Shown here: piece by piece, positions 47,408-60,213 of the stretch
How positions within the stretch are numbered: the stretch's first letter is position 1
Layout: every line of letters begins with the position of its first letter
From: Tubiluchus corallicola
Lineage: Eukaryota; Animalia; Priapulida
Assembly: GCA_030141605.1 (NCBI GenBank)
Contig: JAQGDQ010000869.1
Coordinates: 22,430 to 86,429 of the forward strand
Direction: 5' to 3'
Length of the DNA: 64,000 bases
Program-made: the position numbers and the translations under genes
Notes under the pieces: model-generated
Database searches by the model: none
Seen by the model: only the letters and a program-made list of their open reading frames with translations
Told to the model about the DNA's origin: nothing

Positions 47408-47897
47408 CAGTCAACCTCGGGTATAAGGTACTCACTTATAAGGGACACTCGCTTATGAGGGACCACCAACACCGGTCCCAATTTTTCGTAACATTTTTCC
47501 TTATAAAAATCTTCGTATATAAGGTACTCGGATATAAGGGACTTTCGGTTATAAGGAACGATATCTTCAGGTCCCGCATAATAGAAACCCAGGTAAATTA
47601 CTTCGCATATAAGGGTCCCTTTGATCAAAGCGAAATTCATTGATTTTTAACCTCAATTTTTTGCAAACTCGGCCTTCGAACATCTCGGTTTTCATGGTTA
47701 CATACATCTTGCATCACTGAAGAAGCTTCCTACATACCATTTGCACTGAATGTATAGCAATAATCCACAAAAATATGGGTAAAAGTACAGGTTTAGATAC
47801 ACCCTCGGTCTGACTCAACTTCGGCTATAAGGGACATCGGATATAACGGACGAATTTTTTCTGGTCCGGAGGTGTCCCTTATATCCGAGGTTGACTG
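47408..47897 (+). mobile_element. Complete Tc1/pogo-like MITE
   Basis: TA|CAGTCAACCTCGGGTATAAGG...CCTTATATCCGAGGTTGACTG|TA. Confidence 0.9.
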
Positions 47898-48199
47898 TAC
47901 ATCCACAACCTGGTGAATGGAGCAGTAGTTTCCAGAAATATCATTGTTATTAACAAACCTTGTTGTGATTAACTATCTGGCACTATTTTTAACTCCAGAA
48001 ACTCTATGTAAATCAGTTTGTAGCTTGGGGGAACAAACTAGATCGAGCTGCTGAAATGAGAAAGTACATGGAGGTAAAAGGGTTAACAACTCCGCAATGA
48101 CAAAAAGTTTTTAATGTTGCCTAAGGAACCTTATGATTTGGTTAAGTTTATTGTTGAGAAAACGTTACCATAGTGACTCCTTTTCACACAAAAAATCTC

Positions 48200-49021
48200 C
48201 TATGGAGGTGCAGCAACAGAATAATGAATCGGCAAATGCCTGGTCAAGTTACTTCTAGTGCTGAAATATTTTCCACAGTGCCCACAAGGAAAAGGTTTCT
48301 CTCCCGTGTGTTTTCTGAGATGTACGCGGAGATTGCTCTTCCACGCGGATTGATAGCTACACAAGTTACATCGCCACATGCTACTTTGGACGAAACTCAT
48401 ACTGGAGTCACTATTTGCGTCTGTGCGATTTTTAGCAAAAGTGTGCACATTTGACGCGCTCCTCTTAGAACCGCGGAATACATGTTTACCGCTGGTTGAT
48501 CTGTTAGATAATAAGGAAGGATTGTGTAATTGCTTGTGTTTACTTTGCGCAGCTTCTCTAGGAGTATAACTAGAGAATGCTGACATGGACTGAGAGACAT
48601 TTGAACAGCGTGTTGACTCAGCTTGGTGGACCAAGTCGATGACTTGAAAATTTTCTTCTGTTACTGAAGGGTTAGCAGATTCCATGTATGGGTCCTCCTT
48701 CTCATATTTCTTTACAACATTTTCTGCAGCGTTCACAACAGCATTATCTTTGTAACGGAAATCTTGATGAATACGTGAGCTGCCAGCATTATTTACACTA
48801 CTATCTAATGGTAAACCAAATGGTTCACAAATTTCCACTTCAGTTTTTGCATGGATGTCCTCACACTCGCCCGTTTCATCTTCGTCGGGATTTTGACCTT
48901 CGCTGATGAGAAGCTTGCAGTGCCACGTCCTCGTGTGAGCGAAGAACACTTCCTCGCTCATGAAACATTCCGAACAAGCCGTGCACTTGAAGTAAACGAC
49001 CGAATCTGAAGAAGCGTCCAT
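48200..49021 (-). CDS. Zinc-finger array member ZF2 (273 aa)
   Basis: Same N-terminal module; two C2H2 fingers with an HTGEKPF linker. Acceptor attttagcttag| lies 27-32 nt upstream. Confidence 0.92.
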   Translation of the reverse strand: MDASSDSVVYFKCTACSECFMSEEVFFAHTRTWHCKLLISEGQNPDEDETGECEDIHAKTEVEICEPFGLPLDSSVNNAGSSRIHQDFRYKDNAVVNAAENVVKKYEKEDPYMESANPSVTEENFQVIDLVHQAESTRCSNVSQSMSAFSSYTPREAAQSKHKQLHNPSLLSNRSTSGKHVFRGSKRSASNVHTFAKNRTDANSDSSMSFVQSSMWRCNLCSYQSAWKSNLRVHLRKHTGEKPFPCGHCGKYFSTRSNLTRHLPIHYSVAAPP

Positions 49022-49333
49022 ACCGGATGTCAGATCTCTCGTCAGTTTCTAAGCTAAAATCAATGTTGTTGGTAATTACAATTCAAAATGCATTGGCTGC
49101 AATAATAAATTTGAAATCTTTTGCCTATACTGAGTGCCAGTAAGAACAGTGGCTGCCAAAAAATTAGTTGAAGTTCAACTCTAGTAATATGAATAATATT
49201 TGCATGTATCAGATTCAGAATTTATTTAGTTTTGCAGTCATCAAATATGCTTACAGCCAGTCTATTTTCTAGTGGTTAGATGTATCCTAGAGCTCTAAAT
49301 TCCACACTTAAAAATATGCTCTACTCTTCATAT

Positions 49334-49989
49334 GTGTGCTTGCATGGCAAAATGTTCATAAGTCGGCAATTAAACTTTTCCAGTTATTCACATATACTAA
49401 ATCTCCATTTCATGAAGATCATTTTGATACCAAGTTCATTGCTGTATGTTATTGTTAAGCTGAGATAATCCACGTTGAAGTTGAGGCTCAGGCTATGCAC
49501 TAAAAAATATAACCTTGAGAAAATTGCTGTTAACCATTGCTTTTTGTCATGTTTCTACAAAACGCTTAGCAACCGCACAAATGCTGGTTGTTATGGACAC
49601 TGCAAGAAAACATTGAAGTTATGTTTACATCCAGTAGATGGCTCTTCCTGATGTAGCTCTAGGCTTGGCAATAGAAAAAACCCGAAGGAAAACTATCGCT
49701 TCCACGAGGTGCTATCTGAGTTTGAAGTACAAGTTTTTTACAATTACAGTACTAATCTCTAGCCAAGAAAGTCCATGCAGGGTTATAAAAATGGATTTCT
49801 AGTATTTTTTTGCATATTTTTTTGACAATTTGATGCTAGAATATAAAAGTCCAATACTTTTAGCATTTGTTTGAAAAAAACAACAAAAAATTGACATTTG
49901 ACCAACTTTTTGGTGCCTTCTACTTTGAAGCATCATAACGTAGTTTTAACTGTGCGGATTTATGGACAGTTTTGGTTTGCAAGCACACG
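49334..49989. mobile_element. Non-autonomous DNA element with TGTGCTTGCA TIRs, copy 2
   Basis: Colinear with 15009-15517 plus an internal insertion of about 150 bp. Confidence 0.7.
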
Positions 49990-50564
49990 TTTTGTATATT
50001 TGTGAATAAAACAACATTCAAGTGATCATCAATAATTTTGTTGTGCTTTAGTTACAATAAAAAAACCTTGATATATACACCTATCTTGGCATCTTGTAGC
50101 CTGTGTGCATGATTCTCAAACATGTTTGAAGTTTAAATTTTACAACATAATTAGTAAAGATAAAAATAAAATTATAAATTTATTAATCATACACAATCAC
50201 GTGAACGAGTGATAACTGTGCAGCTTTTAATAATCAGACGGTGAGGCTGATATTACTGGTCAGTCAATTAGTGATAATAATAATTAATATATTTAATAGA
50301 CGAGGATTTTTTCACATCTGTGGATCGGTGTTCGGGTAAGTTATTAAAAATAAATGATACAAACTAAAATGGTTGGATTATTATTACAGTATGCTTGCAT
50401 AGACTGAACGCTTGATAAGTATAAGCTTAACTTAAATTTGAGTTTAAAGCATCAGGGAATATTTGCGTTTTAGTCCGTTCATTTTTAAATAGTAATGCGC
50501 AGCTATACACGCAGTACTGACACTCTTCTACTTTACAAAATAGCTGTTTTAAAAGCGACGTACA

Positions 50565-50855
50565 ACTTACTGAAGAACTCTGAAGCAAAACAGTGGGGAG
50601 TGATGATATAAAAAACGTAATAAAGAAACCTCATTAACGACAACAAAAAAGATCATGTCATCATGGGAATCCTTCGAAGCATTAAAATACGAGCGTTCAA
50701 TCAGCGTATCATTGATTTCGGGTTAACGGCACGCCAGGTTCTTGTTTGTCATTGTCTGTAACATTTGCATTCAAATATGGTATTTTATTTTGTAACCTTT
50801 GTTTACCAGTAAGCTTACAACAACCCTATGTTCATGCTACAATTACCCATAATAA
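50565..50855 (-). promoter_or_regulatory. Candidate promoter and non-coding leader exon upstream of ZF2
   Basis: Minus-strand donor TTCA|GTAAGT (intron starts at 50570) and a ZNF143/Staf-like CTACAATTACCCATAAT at about 50837-50853. Confidence 0.3.
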
Positions 50856-51490
50856 TAATTTAATAAATCCAACTGTAAAATAGTTGCTGTGAAACTGCAA
50901 ATATCGAATCATAATCACTAAAAAGCAGCTAGAGACGACATTACAATTTTGCTAATACTGTACTGGCTGTGGTCGTACGAATGAATTAATATTAGGACAT
51001 TTTATTATTAATTAAGTAATTTGTAGAAGTATGAGATGGTGAGGGTAAAAACAGCCTGAGAAACAGAGGAGATATTCCAACCAAATTTAACACAATTATT
51101 GTAAACATGCATCCTTTCTCAAATTCTCAGTGAGGTAAATAGCTGAAAACAATATTGCTGATCAAACTGCCCAGAAATCATCTTCCTAGAAATCACTGAT
51201 ACATTTACTGAACCTGACTAGTAATGCTTAAGCCACGCAGCCAAATGCACATCGCAAATGCGCTTCCATTTTTGTAGTACCTCTTCAGGTTCACAGAGCT
51301 TGTAATATGGATGTTAATTATGGATGATTTAAAGCCTGTGCATCATTTTTAAAATATGCTCAGGTCTTCCTTGGATTTCTCTACCTTTATGAGCACCATT
51401 TGTTTCTTTGCAATCTTTTATCATACTGCAATGGTCTTTATAGTGTGCATCAGTATGAGGGCACTGAAATACAGATCTAAATTGTAATGA

Positions 51491-52558
51491 TCACCTAGTT
51501 CCACTCGAACTTGCATCAGCATTTCGCCAGTCATGTGAGCAGCAGCTTTTTCCTTGCAAATGCCTTTTCAGATTGTGATTGTCCCTGTATCGTGCACCAC
51601 AGCGCGGACACTTGAATGGCTTTTCACCTGTATGTTTTCTAACATGAGCTCGCAAATTGGTCTTTCTCGGCGTGCAATAGAAGCACATGTTGCACTGCCA
51701 GAGATCCTTTTTGCTGGCAAATGCGTCGAATGCTCCACCTTCTACTCCTAGCGGCGTTTTCGTATGTAGCCTCTTTGGTCGACAGCCGGATGAACTGTTT
51801 GGTGGTTTTCTTCTTCCAGCATGTTTACGTTGCTGTGAGGTTTTACTTCTATGTACATTTGAAGCGGTCTCATGTGTCTGCTGTAAAGCCCGTTGCCATT
51901 CCGAATCCATTCCAGTCATTGCAAATGGGCCAGCATCATCAGAGTATCTATCTAATGGATGCAAAGTGCTTTTATTCATTAGCACCACACCTACAGGTAA
52001 CAGAGGTCGGTTAACAAAATCCATGCCTTCTGTGTGACTGACGCACCCATCATTGCCATCATCAGCACCAGTTTCTACAAAATCACCTCTTATCCCTTCA
52101 ATGAGACATGGTTCATTTGAAACTGGTTGAAAATCAGGGATTTCTGTCTTAATGGCCCCGCTCACAAAATAGCCACTATCTGAAACATCCACAGAATTGT
52201 TGCCATTATGTGAAGCACGTTGTGTGCTAAGAAGTTGCATGCTTTCATTATGACTAATGCATCCATCATTGTTAATGTCGTTACCAGTTTCTACAGAATT
52301 GCCTTTTGTGAGACACGGTGTTTTCGGAACTGGTTGAAAGTCATCGATTTGTCTTTTAGTATCCTCACTTACAAAAAATTCATTACCTGAAGCAGTCAAA
52401 GACATATTGGAAGTATATAGGGAATGTTGCGTGCTTTCACATGCAAGTATTTTACAGTGCCAAGTTCTTGTATGCGCGAAGAAAACGTCTTCACTCATGA
52501 AACATTCGGAACAAGCAGTGCATTTATAATATAGTATCAAATACTGATGATCCTCCAT
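51491..52558 (-). CDS. Zinc-finger array member ZF3 (355 aa)
   Basis: Same architecture, with an internal duplication in the linker. Acceptor tatttcag| lies 24 nt upstream. Confidence 0.92.
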   Translation of the reverse strand: MEDHQYLILYYKCTACSECFMSEDVFFAHTRTWHCKILACESTQHSLYTSNMSLTASGNEFFVSEDTKRQIDDFQPVPKTPCLTKGNSVETGNDINNDGCISHNESMQLLSTQRASHNGNNSVDVSDSGYFVSGAIKTEIPDFQPVSNEPCLIEGIRGDFVETGADDGNDGCVSHTEGMDFVNRPLLPVGVVLMNKSTLHPLDRYSDDAGPFAMTGMDSEWQRALQQTHETASNVHRSKTSQQRKHAGRRKPPNSSSGCRPKRLHTKTPLGVEGGAFDAFASKKDLWQCNMCFYCTPRKTNLRAHVRKHTGEKPFKCPRCGARYRDNHNLKRHLQGKSCCSHDWRNADASSSGTR

Positions 52559-53105
52559 GTTTATATCTCAATGCACACGTCCCTGAAATACAGGATTCTT
52601 GTAAAATTTATGTTCACCCCAACAAACTGACATTAATTGTGTATTATGTACAGTACTCCAGTATCACATCAACAATAGTGGGTATAGTAAATAGCAAATT
52701 ATTAGTGTGGACATGGTCAAAATTAACAAGCGACGTGAACACAGCCGAGTTTTATTTTTACAAATAATACTGTTGAAAATACGTATCAGAGTAGAATATG
52801 AAACACATTTGCACAACAATTTCTACAATACATGTAGTAAGGTAGCTACATTCACTTTTTTGCATAAAAAGCTGACTAACATGCAGCAAATAACGATAAA
52901 GAATGTGGGAAATAAACATATTGCCCCTGGCAGCTAGATAGTACCATGAAACAACTCACATGATGCAAAAGCATGCACACGTAGTACTAATATAATACCA
53001 ATGAAGAACAATATAAGAAGGAACGACTGCTAGGCAATAAATCACTGTAATGGAAACAGTGGATGTCCTTCTAGTTCAGCAGGACCAACTCTTATTTGAA
53101 ACGAA

Positions 53106-53924
53106 TCAGCCATTGCCATAATAGATGACATTTTGTGGAGTAGTTTTTACCATCGCACACTTCTCCAAGTGTGTCTTTAAACTATGATTCTGCTGATAAG
53201 TCGCACTGCAGTAAGGACATTTGAACGGCCGTTCCCCTGTATGTTTTCTAACATGAGCTTGCAAATTACATTTCTTTTCTGTGTGATAGAAGCATAGTTT
53301 ACACTGCCACTGTTTCTTTTTACTTGTGCACATCAGGGAATCTCCACTGGATGGAATGATGTTAGCAACCTGACTTGGCTTGACTTTTGGCACAGTTAGT
53401 TGTTTTCTTGTTCTTTTTTGCTCCTTAACATGCAAATTTGGAATAGTCCAAGGACGTTGTTTGGGCAGTTTAATTGCAGATTTTTTCATGCCTTTGTTTA
53501 ACTGCTGAAACCCAAAGTTTGGCTGTGTTTCGACTTTTACATCACCAACTGCAGGGCTGGCAAATGAATAGTCAAGGCCAAAGAAGCCCAATTGTCCACT
53601 TTCAGAAATATCGCGATTAGTAGAGGGCTCAATGCACATATCACTACCATCTTCATTGGCTGCAACGTCATCGTAATTCTTATTTTCCAGCGCTTGAATA
53701 CTGTCACCAATAGCTCGAAGCATCATTTCATCATTTTCATCTGCAAGTTTTGCAAAATTTGATTCAGATGAGTCAAAGTGCAGAGAATGCTTTTCTGTGC
53801 CCTCACATACCAGTATCTTACAGTGCCACGTTCTCGTATGTGCAAAGAAGATCTCCTCACTGATAAAACACTCAGAACAAGCTGTGCACTTGAAGTAAAT
53901 TTCCTGATAAGAACATCCATCCAT
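53106..53924 (-). CDS. Zinc-finger array member ZF4 (272 aa from ATG)
   Basis: Same architecture; second finger is C2HC (HLEKC). Acceptor ttgtttcag| with a ctaac branch point lies 48 nt upstream. Confidence 0.92.
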   Translation of the reverse strand: MDGCSYQEIYFKCTACSECFISEEIFFAHTRTWHCKILVCEGTEKHSLHFDSSESNFAKLADENDEMMLRAIGDSIQALENKNYDDVAANEDGSDMCIEPSTNRDISESGQLGFFGLDYSFASPAVGDVKVETQPNFGFQQLNKGMKKSAIKLPKQRPWTIPNLHVKEQKRTRKQLTVPKVKPSQVANIIPSSGDSLMCTSKKKQWQCKLCFYHTEKKCNLQAHVRKHTGERPFKCPYCSATYQQNHSLKTHLEKCAMVKTTPQNVIYYGNG

Positions 53925-55015
53925 GATAAAACCAAATGATTTCTGCAGTCCAGTCCCTGGCAAGCAAATCAGCTGAAACAAAATTTCGCAATCTAAATGT
54001 TAGGACGATTAGTATGCATCACGTTAAGGTAGATCAAATGCAAACTTAGGCTTATGTTGCTAAGGCGTTGGCAGATTGGCTGACTTAATTTACAAACTAA
54101 TATACTTTTTTGCAAATTAACTACAGTTATTATTCTTACTATTATTGCAATTATTATTTTAATTGCTTATTATTCATATTCTTATAATTATTCAGAAAAA
54201 TTTAGCTAACTGTTCTGTTATAATATTGTAATGCAATATGGAATCAAATTAGTAATTTTATTAGTAAACATATTACAGGGAAAATACATTGTAGTTTCAC
54301 TACATGTATATGTGATTTTTTGCAATGAGTCACTGAGAGTTTTTTAATTGTTAATTTACACTAAAGAGGCTATTTGCCATAGCGTATAACCAGGAACCAT
54401 CTGTCGCGAACGCCTAGCACGTGACACCAAGAAAGTTTTTGATTGGCCACGAGGAGATGGCGTCAGGGAGTTGTTTGTTCTAGTTGGAACAGACAAGACG
54501 ACGGAGTGTGTTCGTGTTTTTTGTCTTTGCTTCATTTTTGCCAATTTTCCGATTATGTGTATAATAAAGCGTTGTTGCTTTTTAAAACCATCTATTGAAA
54601 AGGAAATTATGTCAGTGCTTGGTCTTTCATGTTAACGGATTGTTGAAATCGGGTTGTTTATGACACCATCTGTGAACTACAATAAATTCAGTATGCTGCT
54701 ACATGCATGTCCGTTTGGCTTGTAATTTCACATATTACTAAGCTTCCGCAAGTGCGAATGATTAGAATATCAAGTGTTATAATATTCTATTGCTGAAAAT
54801 AAGCTATAAAAATAACCTACGTCAATCAACTACATGTATTAGGCTAATGACACGTTCATTGAGAATGTGATGTGATTGTGCACCCCAAATATGAATGGAC
54901 ACTAATGGTTTAAACGTCACAGTCTCGTGCTAGCCTAGGATGCCATAAAGAAATTGGTTTGTTTTTATATAAAAGCATTCTATACTTCCTTTTTAAAACG
55001 GAGTGTAGCTATAAG

Positions 55016-55860
55016 TCACACCCGGATTGCAAGGAAACAGGAATGTATCAACAAACAAACATTTTTCACCTTGCACCTGTCCAAATGACATTTCAAATTC
55101 TGATTCGTGCTAAAACAAGCACCACAGTAAGAGCAGTGAAAAGGTTTGTTTCTCATGTGAGTTCTACCGTGAGCTTTCAAATTAGTCTTCCATTCCGTGT
55201 GATACATACACATTTTACATTTCCACAGTTTCTTTTTGCTGGTACTCATGAGAGAGTCTTCACTGGCTAGCTTGCTACAATTCACCAATTTATTTTGTCG
55301 ATATTTCCCGTTTTCTTGGTCTCTGCTGGGAAGAAACTCCCAGAAGCTTTCTTTGAGGCCTCTTGCCACCTTTCTGCCAGACTTCTGCACAATGTGTCAA
55401 TTGCGCTGATGCGCATGTCTCCAAGTTCTGTGTTGTAAATTGTTGCACACATTCAACATCCATTCCAACTTCTATGCAGAGATCACTGGCATCAAAATTA
55501 GTTGGTTGCTGGAAGGGATCGGCACTGCTGGAACAAACACCTTTAAGAAAGTCATTAGAAACAACGCGGGCATCATCATAACCACTCTCTTCTTTGAGAA
55601 ATCCAACACTTCGACAAAGTCCCTGCAAATATGATTGAGTCTCGGTCTTTACTGTATTGCTGTCAAATTCCTCGAGACATAGCAGCCATAGGCAAACAAC
55701 CAGACTGTATAAGGCACTGGTCATACTGCTCTGTACCCTCACATACTAGTATCTTGCAATGCCATGTTTTCATATGTGCAAAGAAAATCTCCTCGTTCAT
55801 GAAACATTCCGAACATGCTGTACATTTGAAGTAAATGTCTTGATACCCACAGTTCTCCAT
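55016..55860 (-). pseudogene. Zinc-finger array member ZF5, two frameshifts
   Basis: The N-module (ORF 55663-55860), linker (55290-55742) and finger pair (55016-55390) are split across three overlapping ORFs by frameshifts; the finger linker is degenerate (HMRNKPF). Confidence 0.85.
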
Positions 55861-56727
55861 GTCAAAATTTAAAGAACTTGGATGCAGTGGTCTTGTAATT
55901 TCAAGAATTACGCTGAAATAAAGTCACCTTGGTAGGTAACAATGTCAATATTGTTACAAAAAAACTTGGTAAAAATGAAATTCAAATATTTTCATGGCAG
56001 AAATGCAGAACTGACATTGCACAATGGCTTCTGGGGACAATTATATTGCACAGTATTGTCGTTTCACCAGACACACACACGAATGCAATGAAAATAAAAT
56101 TCTGCAGTATGTCATGCAATCTTCAATTATTGCCTACATCGCAATACCGTTGAATAAGCGCATGCCGCCAAGCAAAAGTCTTAAAAATAATGCGATGTGG
56201 AACAAATAATCTTTGAACATTGGCTCTACTTGAGAAAAATGCTTAGAATGGAATGTGGTCATACATCTAAAATGATTTTATTACATTTATGCACCAATAC
56301 AGAGCTGACAATGTTGTGACAAATACTTTGTCTTAAACAGTACTTTGCACATGGATAAAACTAGGCATCAATATGGTAAAATGCTTCCTTGCTGTGTACA
56401 TGTAAAAACTTCTAAACATTATATGGAGTCTGAGCAGTGGCAGCTCATGTATAGGTGCTCTGGAACTGCAGCACCCCCTAGTTTCACTCGGCGTTATCGA
56501 TAATATTCAATACAATAAATCTTTTTTCTTTAGTTCTTTCTTTATGCTTGTACGGAACCAGAGCACGTGAAGGTAGTACTGTTTGCTTCACAGTCCACCA
56601 AATTTTCTGTATGAATGAATAGCGAGTAAATACTATAATTGGCATTCCGTCTAATTACCTCTCCAAAAAGCTCTCTATTTTTTCTTATAATAGGCTTTCT
56701 TTGAAGGCAATATTATATTGTGAGCAC

Positions 56728-57160
56728 CAAGGTTGTGGAGTCGGTACATGAAACTCCTGACTCTGGCTCCGACTCCGACTCCTAGAATTTTAGAAGATCC
56801 AACTTCGATTCTGATTGCAACTGCTAAAATTTTAGATCCAACTCCAACTCCTGCCTTTAAGTAATAGTTTATAGTATTCTCAATATTTAGCTACAGTGGC
56901 ATTTCATCACTACTTCTTATGCTGGAAAACAGTCTAGCTGCATAGACACCAATACGAAAGCATCCTAAAATGGGGCGTTATGCTTAAATGCGTTAAAAGT
57001 TAAAAAGTATCTGGAGTTTGAGTTTGTCTACTTTTTACCCACTCCTCTAACAATAAGTGTACTCCCGAGTCTCGACTCCAACTCCAAAACCCTAAGTCTT
57101 AACAACTCCGACTCCTTTAGTAGTAAATTTACAGCCTACTCCTCCGAATCATTAGCCCTG
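56728..57160. mobile_element. hAT-like MITE with GACTCC subterminal repeats
   Basis: Termini CAAGGTTG...TAGCCCTG with a perfect 8-bp TSD GTGAGCAC. Confidence 0.8.
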
Positions 57161-57762
57161 GTGAGCACCCTGTATAAACCCGGGTTAGTATAGCGGCTTA
57201 CCCAGCATAATGTTATCTCCTTAAGATTCCTTATCAAGGATGTCCTGTAAACAGGAAAGATTTACATTTCTATAGTGTCATATCATAAACATTTATTGAT
57301 AATATATGTTTTAGCTAATACATCTATTATTACATTGTGTACTACTTTTATATTACTAAAACATAGCTAGGCCGTTTACTGTTAGTATGTCGTAGGTCAA
57401 AATTATCTTATTAATATAGCTAATCTAATTAATTGACTCTAATCACATATCAGCGCTTTAAGGCGCCCCTCTGTATCTCCTGGAAAACTGTTCCAGGAAA
57501 TAACAAGAGCAAAGACATTTAAGGACCATACAACAGACCTTACAAGAACAATGAAATTTGGCAACCAGGGAGCAGAAGTAGACACTCAATTATTGCCGGA
57601 TCCAGATCTGTATAAGGTCCTTTGCCTAGCCAGCCACTTCCCAGAGCTTACAAATTTTAAACATATGTACAGAACAGTTAATTTAACAATTGGAATCATC
57701 ATCAGGTAGCATTCAATTTTTACGGGCATGCAAATTCAGCGTATAACCTGCTAGACACTACA

Positions 57763-58545
57763 TCATTCATTTGCCTTTGTGCATCTTTTCAAGTGAAGTT
57801 TCAAATTATGATTGTGCTTATAACTTGTGTGGCAATAAGGACATAGAAATGGCCGCTCTCCTGTATGCGACCTGGTGTGACTCGTTAAATTTGACTTCCA
57901 CTGTGTGTGATAGGAACAAATTTTACACATCCACGTTTTTCTGTTACTAGTACGCACACACGATTCTCCACTTGATTGTAAGTCATCAGTGAGGTCCTTT
58001 CCTTGAACTGTCAATGAAGCCTTTGGTTTTAGTGGTCTTTTATATTTGCGTACTTTGGGATACTCGTTTTGGAATCTCTTTTTATTCTTGACTCGGCTCA
58101 CAGGACTTGGCACTGGGCTAAACCTTTGGTCATCCTGTGACGAAAATGGTTGGGTTATCAAATCTACTTCTGATTTCACTTTATGATTAGCAAAATCATA
58201 GCTGGTGCTAGCCAAATTAAGTGAATCAACATTACTTGCATAATTACTGTTGCCATAATCCTCAACACCAATGTCTGCATTATCATCACTGCCGGTTTCT
58301 TCATGACTAGGCTCGAGATCGTGTTCGACTGGCTGAATCTTCACAGTATTGGTCTCAAAATGTTCCATTTCTACTGCAGGGAAAGCTGTATTTGAAAAAC
58401 ACTGGTCGTACTGTTCCGTACCCTCACACACCAGTACCTTGCAATGCCATGTTCTCGTATGTGCAAAGAAAACATCCTCGCTGGTAAAACAATCAGAACA
58501 GGCCAAGCACTTGTAGTAGATTTCCTGATAAGCATATCTCTCCAT
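57763..58545 (-). CDS. Zinc-finger array member ZF6 (260 aa from ATG)
   Basis: Same architecture; close paralog of ZF8. Acceptor gtgtttcag| lies 48 nt upstream. Confidence 0.92.
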   Translation of the reverse strand: MERYAYQEIYYKCLACSDCFTSEDVFFAHTRTWHCKVLVCEGTEQYDQCFSNTAFPAVEMEHFETNTVKIQPVEHDLEPSHEETGSDDNADIGVEDYGNSNYASNVDSLNLASTSYDFANHKVKSEVDLITQPFSSQDDQRFSPVPSPVSRVKNKKRFQNEYPKVRKYKRPLKPKASLTVQGKDLTDDLQSSGESCVRTSNRKTWMCKICSYHTQWKSNLTSHTRSHTGERPFLCPYCHTSYKHNHNLKLHLKRCTKANE

Positions 58546-59479
58546 GATCAAACCAGATGATTTCTGCAGTCCAGTCCTTGTCAAACAGCTCAGCTGAAAC
58601 ACAATTTTACAAGCTAAGTGTAAGGAAGAGTGGTAGAAATGACATTAATTAAAGTACATGAAATTATTCTTGGGTTTATACGAAATGCCACAGTGAATGA
58701 CTTAAGTTACTTAACTTGCAAAAAATACAATCTTGTGTACAAGTTAACTACAGCTTAAGATTTTTAGAAAGGCAGACATAAAGACAGTAAAATGCGCCCT
58801 GTAGTATTTCGGTATTTCCAATTGTATTACACACTTGGTACACTAATAAATAACAAAGAATACGGAATGAGTCACTTGGAACTGCGACTAAATTAGAATT
58901 TTTCAAACTAACAGAAGGAATTCTAGGTTTATGAATAATAACTAATGTTAAGAAAAATATGCCACCAATGATCTGTTTCACAGACAATGCAAGAATCACA
59001 AATTTGTTGAACGTAATCATAATTCATCAACTTTTGTTAAGATTCGTATGACAGCACGCTAAAACACGCAAGTACAACGAGAATGTTTGAAATCTTCTAA
59101 TCATAATTCGTAAAACAGTACATAGCAAATAGAAAATTGCGGAAATTAAGAACGCTACACAAATGCGACTTTATAAAAACATGCAAACCCTATAAAATAA
59201 CAAGTGCAGTTGCTGAAAATAAGCCACTGAAATAAGCTATACCATGTCGACTACATGCATTATGTTTGTGGTACAATACAATTTTTAACAGTCATTTTCA
59301 AAAGCTATCAATTGAGAATGTGATGTTGATTGTGCATGAAAAACATGACTGGACACTAGTGTTTTAGAGTCATGCTGGCCTAGAATGCCATAAAGAAATT
59401 GATTTGTTCTTATACACAAGCACTCAAAGTTCATACGCAAGTAGTCCATTTTTTAAAACGAAATAAACTGTAGCTATAA

Positions 59480-60170
59480 GTCACACATTGATGGCAAGGA
59501 AATGGAGTGTATTAAGTATTTTTCACTACACAGTAACTGTCCAAATGGCGTTTCAAGTTCTGACTCGTGCTCAAACAAGCATTACAGTAAACACACTGAC
59601 AAGGCTGATTCTCTACATGAACTTTCAAATTTGTGTTTCATTCCGTGTGATACGAGCACGTTTTACACTGCCGTAGTTTCTTTTTGCCTGTACTCATTAT
59701 AGATTTGTCTCTGGCTGGCCTGTTCCCATTCACCACTTATGGCAAGTGTGGTATCGTGGTTTTGGAAAACCTCTAATTTTACCATTACTGTTAGCCACAT
59801 CTGTTGTGCATTTTGTGAGTTTAAAAAGAGCTTCTGTCTCAGATAATTAGGATCTTCTTGTCATTTTCTTTAGTGGCAGGTCAACGTAAATTTACTACAA
59901 AGTGTTCCTGTTTTCTTTTAACTTTGTTTGGGAAAACCACTATGAAACTTTGTTTGTAATTTCTTGCCATGTTTGTGTCAGTTATTTGCAAGATGCGCTG
60001 GCTGTACTGGAGCAAATTTTTGCAACTCCAGAATTTGAAATTGGTGCACGAATCCAACATCCATTCCAGTTTTTCACGCAGATCACTAGCATCGAAATTA
60101 AGGGATTGGCACTTCTCGAATGGATACTTTCCGGAAAATCCTTAGAAACAATGCGGGCATTCATGAAATT
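59480..60170 (-). pseudogene. Zinc-finger relic ZF7 (ZF5-type, N-terminus lost)
   Basis: The minus strand reads MSTGKKKLRQCKTCSYHTE*NTNLKVHVENQPCQCVYCNACLSTSQNLKRHLD, with an in-frame TGA and a deleted linker. The 3' flank resembles that of ZF5. Confidence 0.8.
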
Positions 60171-60213
60171 CAACAGTTTGTCAAACCCAATGTATAACCT
60201 TCCTCACATTACA

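Noticed and set aside
53925-53981. Extended N-termini MFQLICL... given by the ORF track for ZF4, ZF6 and ZF8
   Set aside because: These start at TTG/GTG codons inside the splice-acceptor tract; the eukaryotic starts are the downstream ATGs.
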